Below, piece by piece: positions 63,311-64,000 of a stretch of 64,000 bases of DNA (within the stretch, counting starts at the first letter, position 1; each line of letters begins with the position of its first letter). Where the stretch lies: contig NW_025964001.1 in NCBI RefSeq assembly GCF_023055435.1, positions 26,908,001 through 26,972,000 on the forward strand. Reading direction: 5' to 3'. This DNA is from Haliotis rufescens. Its lineage: Eukaryota. The notes under the pieces are model-generated. The model was not told the origin of the DNA. It worked only from the letters and a program-made list of their open reading frames with translations, and did no database searches. The position numbers and the translations under genes are program-made.

Positions 63311-63547
63311 GAGTGAGTGAGTGAGTGAGTGAGTGAGTGAGTGAGTGAGTGAGTGAGTGAGTGAGTGAGTGAGTGAGTGAGTGAGTGAGTGAGTATGGTT
63401 TTACGTCGCTTTTAGCAATATTCCAGCAAGATCACGGCAGGTGACACCAGAAATGGGCTTCACACATTGTACCCATGTGAGGAATCGAACCCGGGTCTTC
63501 TGCGTGAGGAGCGAACACTTCAACCACTAGGCTAACCCCACCGCCCC
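63311..63547 (-). mobile_element. SINE family A with expanded (ACTC)n tail
   Basis: Full head GGGGCGGTGGGGTTAGCCTAGTGG..GGTTCGATTCC and ~84 bp of (GAGT)n. Confidence 0.9.
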
Positions 63548-64000
63548 AACAGAGCTATGCAGGGAAGACATATACCATTGGTATTAGATTACTTATATTT
63601 CACATATTTTCTGTGATTTCCCTACAAGTAAGAATGCGAGTTATATCAAGGTGCGTCAGTATAATATTGGAGTAATGTCCTTAGTGATGGAGATCGACAA
63701 TATTGTGAGCTGTGACTTGTGAGTTATGATTTGATAGTTATATCTTGCAAATTCTGATAAATAGTTAGAAGATTTCATTCCGTGATTGTACTTTTTTGAG
63801 ACTGCAGATACATTATATCATATGATACTTGAGAAGGAAACAGGTTTATTATCATTTGTAGTTCCATCATGTCTAAAAGCTGAAGGGTGGATGGAGAATT
63901 TGCCCAAATAATTTAATACAAAAAACCGCGGCCCATTTTTCTGGGCCCACAAAAGACGAGATTATGTGGTGTCTAAGGCACTGACCCATGAGCATCGCCA

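Noticed and set aside
63450-63547. tRNA genes at SINE heads (also 7945, 20152, 31419, 52902)
   Set aside because: A/B boxes are present, but the acceptor stems do not pair and each runs into a SINE body, tail and often a TSD.

Overview
AT-rich, repeat-dense animal genomic DNA with two assembly gaps (35801-35929, 53881-54018). The repeat complement resembles a gastropod mollusc such as abalone, which is an inference from memory. Two spliced protein-coding genes converge. On the + strand is the CCA-adding tRNA nucleotidyltransferase TRNT1 (7 coding exons, 3862-12144, about 448 aa), with a mitochondrial-type leader and a second in-frame Met. On the - strand is the polarity MAGUK MPP5/PALS1/stardust (12 phase-consistent exons, 48327-22626, plus a candidate first coding exon at 59120-59057). 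The rest is a nested transposon landscape: four SINE-like families with related 3' tails (three tRNA-headed, one with a structured non-tRNA head), two decayed Penelope-like RT copies with a shared pseudoknot-like 3' RNA motif, two 9-bp-TSD TIR elements (one keeping a RecQ-like fragment, AcademH-like), a non-autonomous piggyBac, a mariner relic, several MITEs and four minisatellites. The best leads are the two candidate structured retroelement RNAs, a duplicated MPP5 splice donor creating a poison extension, and a strong SINE orientation bias in MPP5. No novel protein-coding system is supported.
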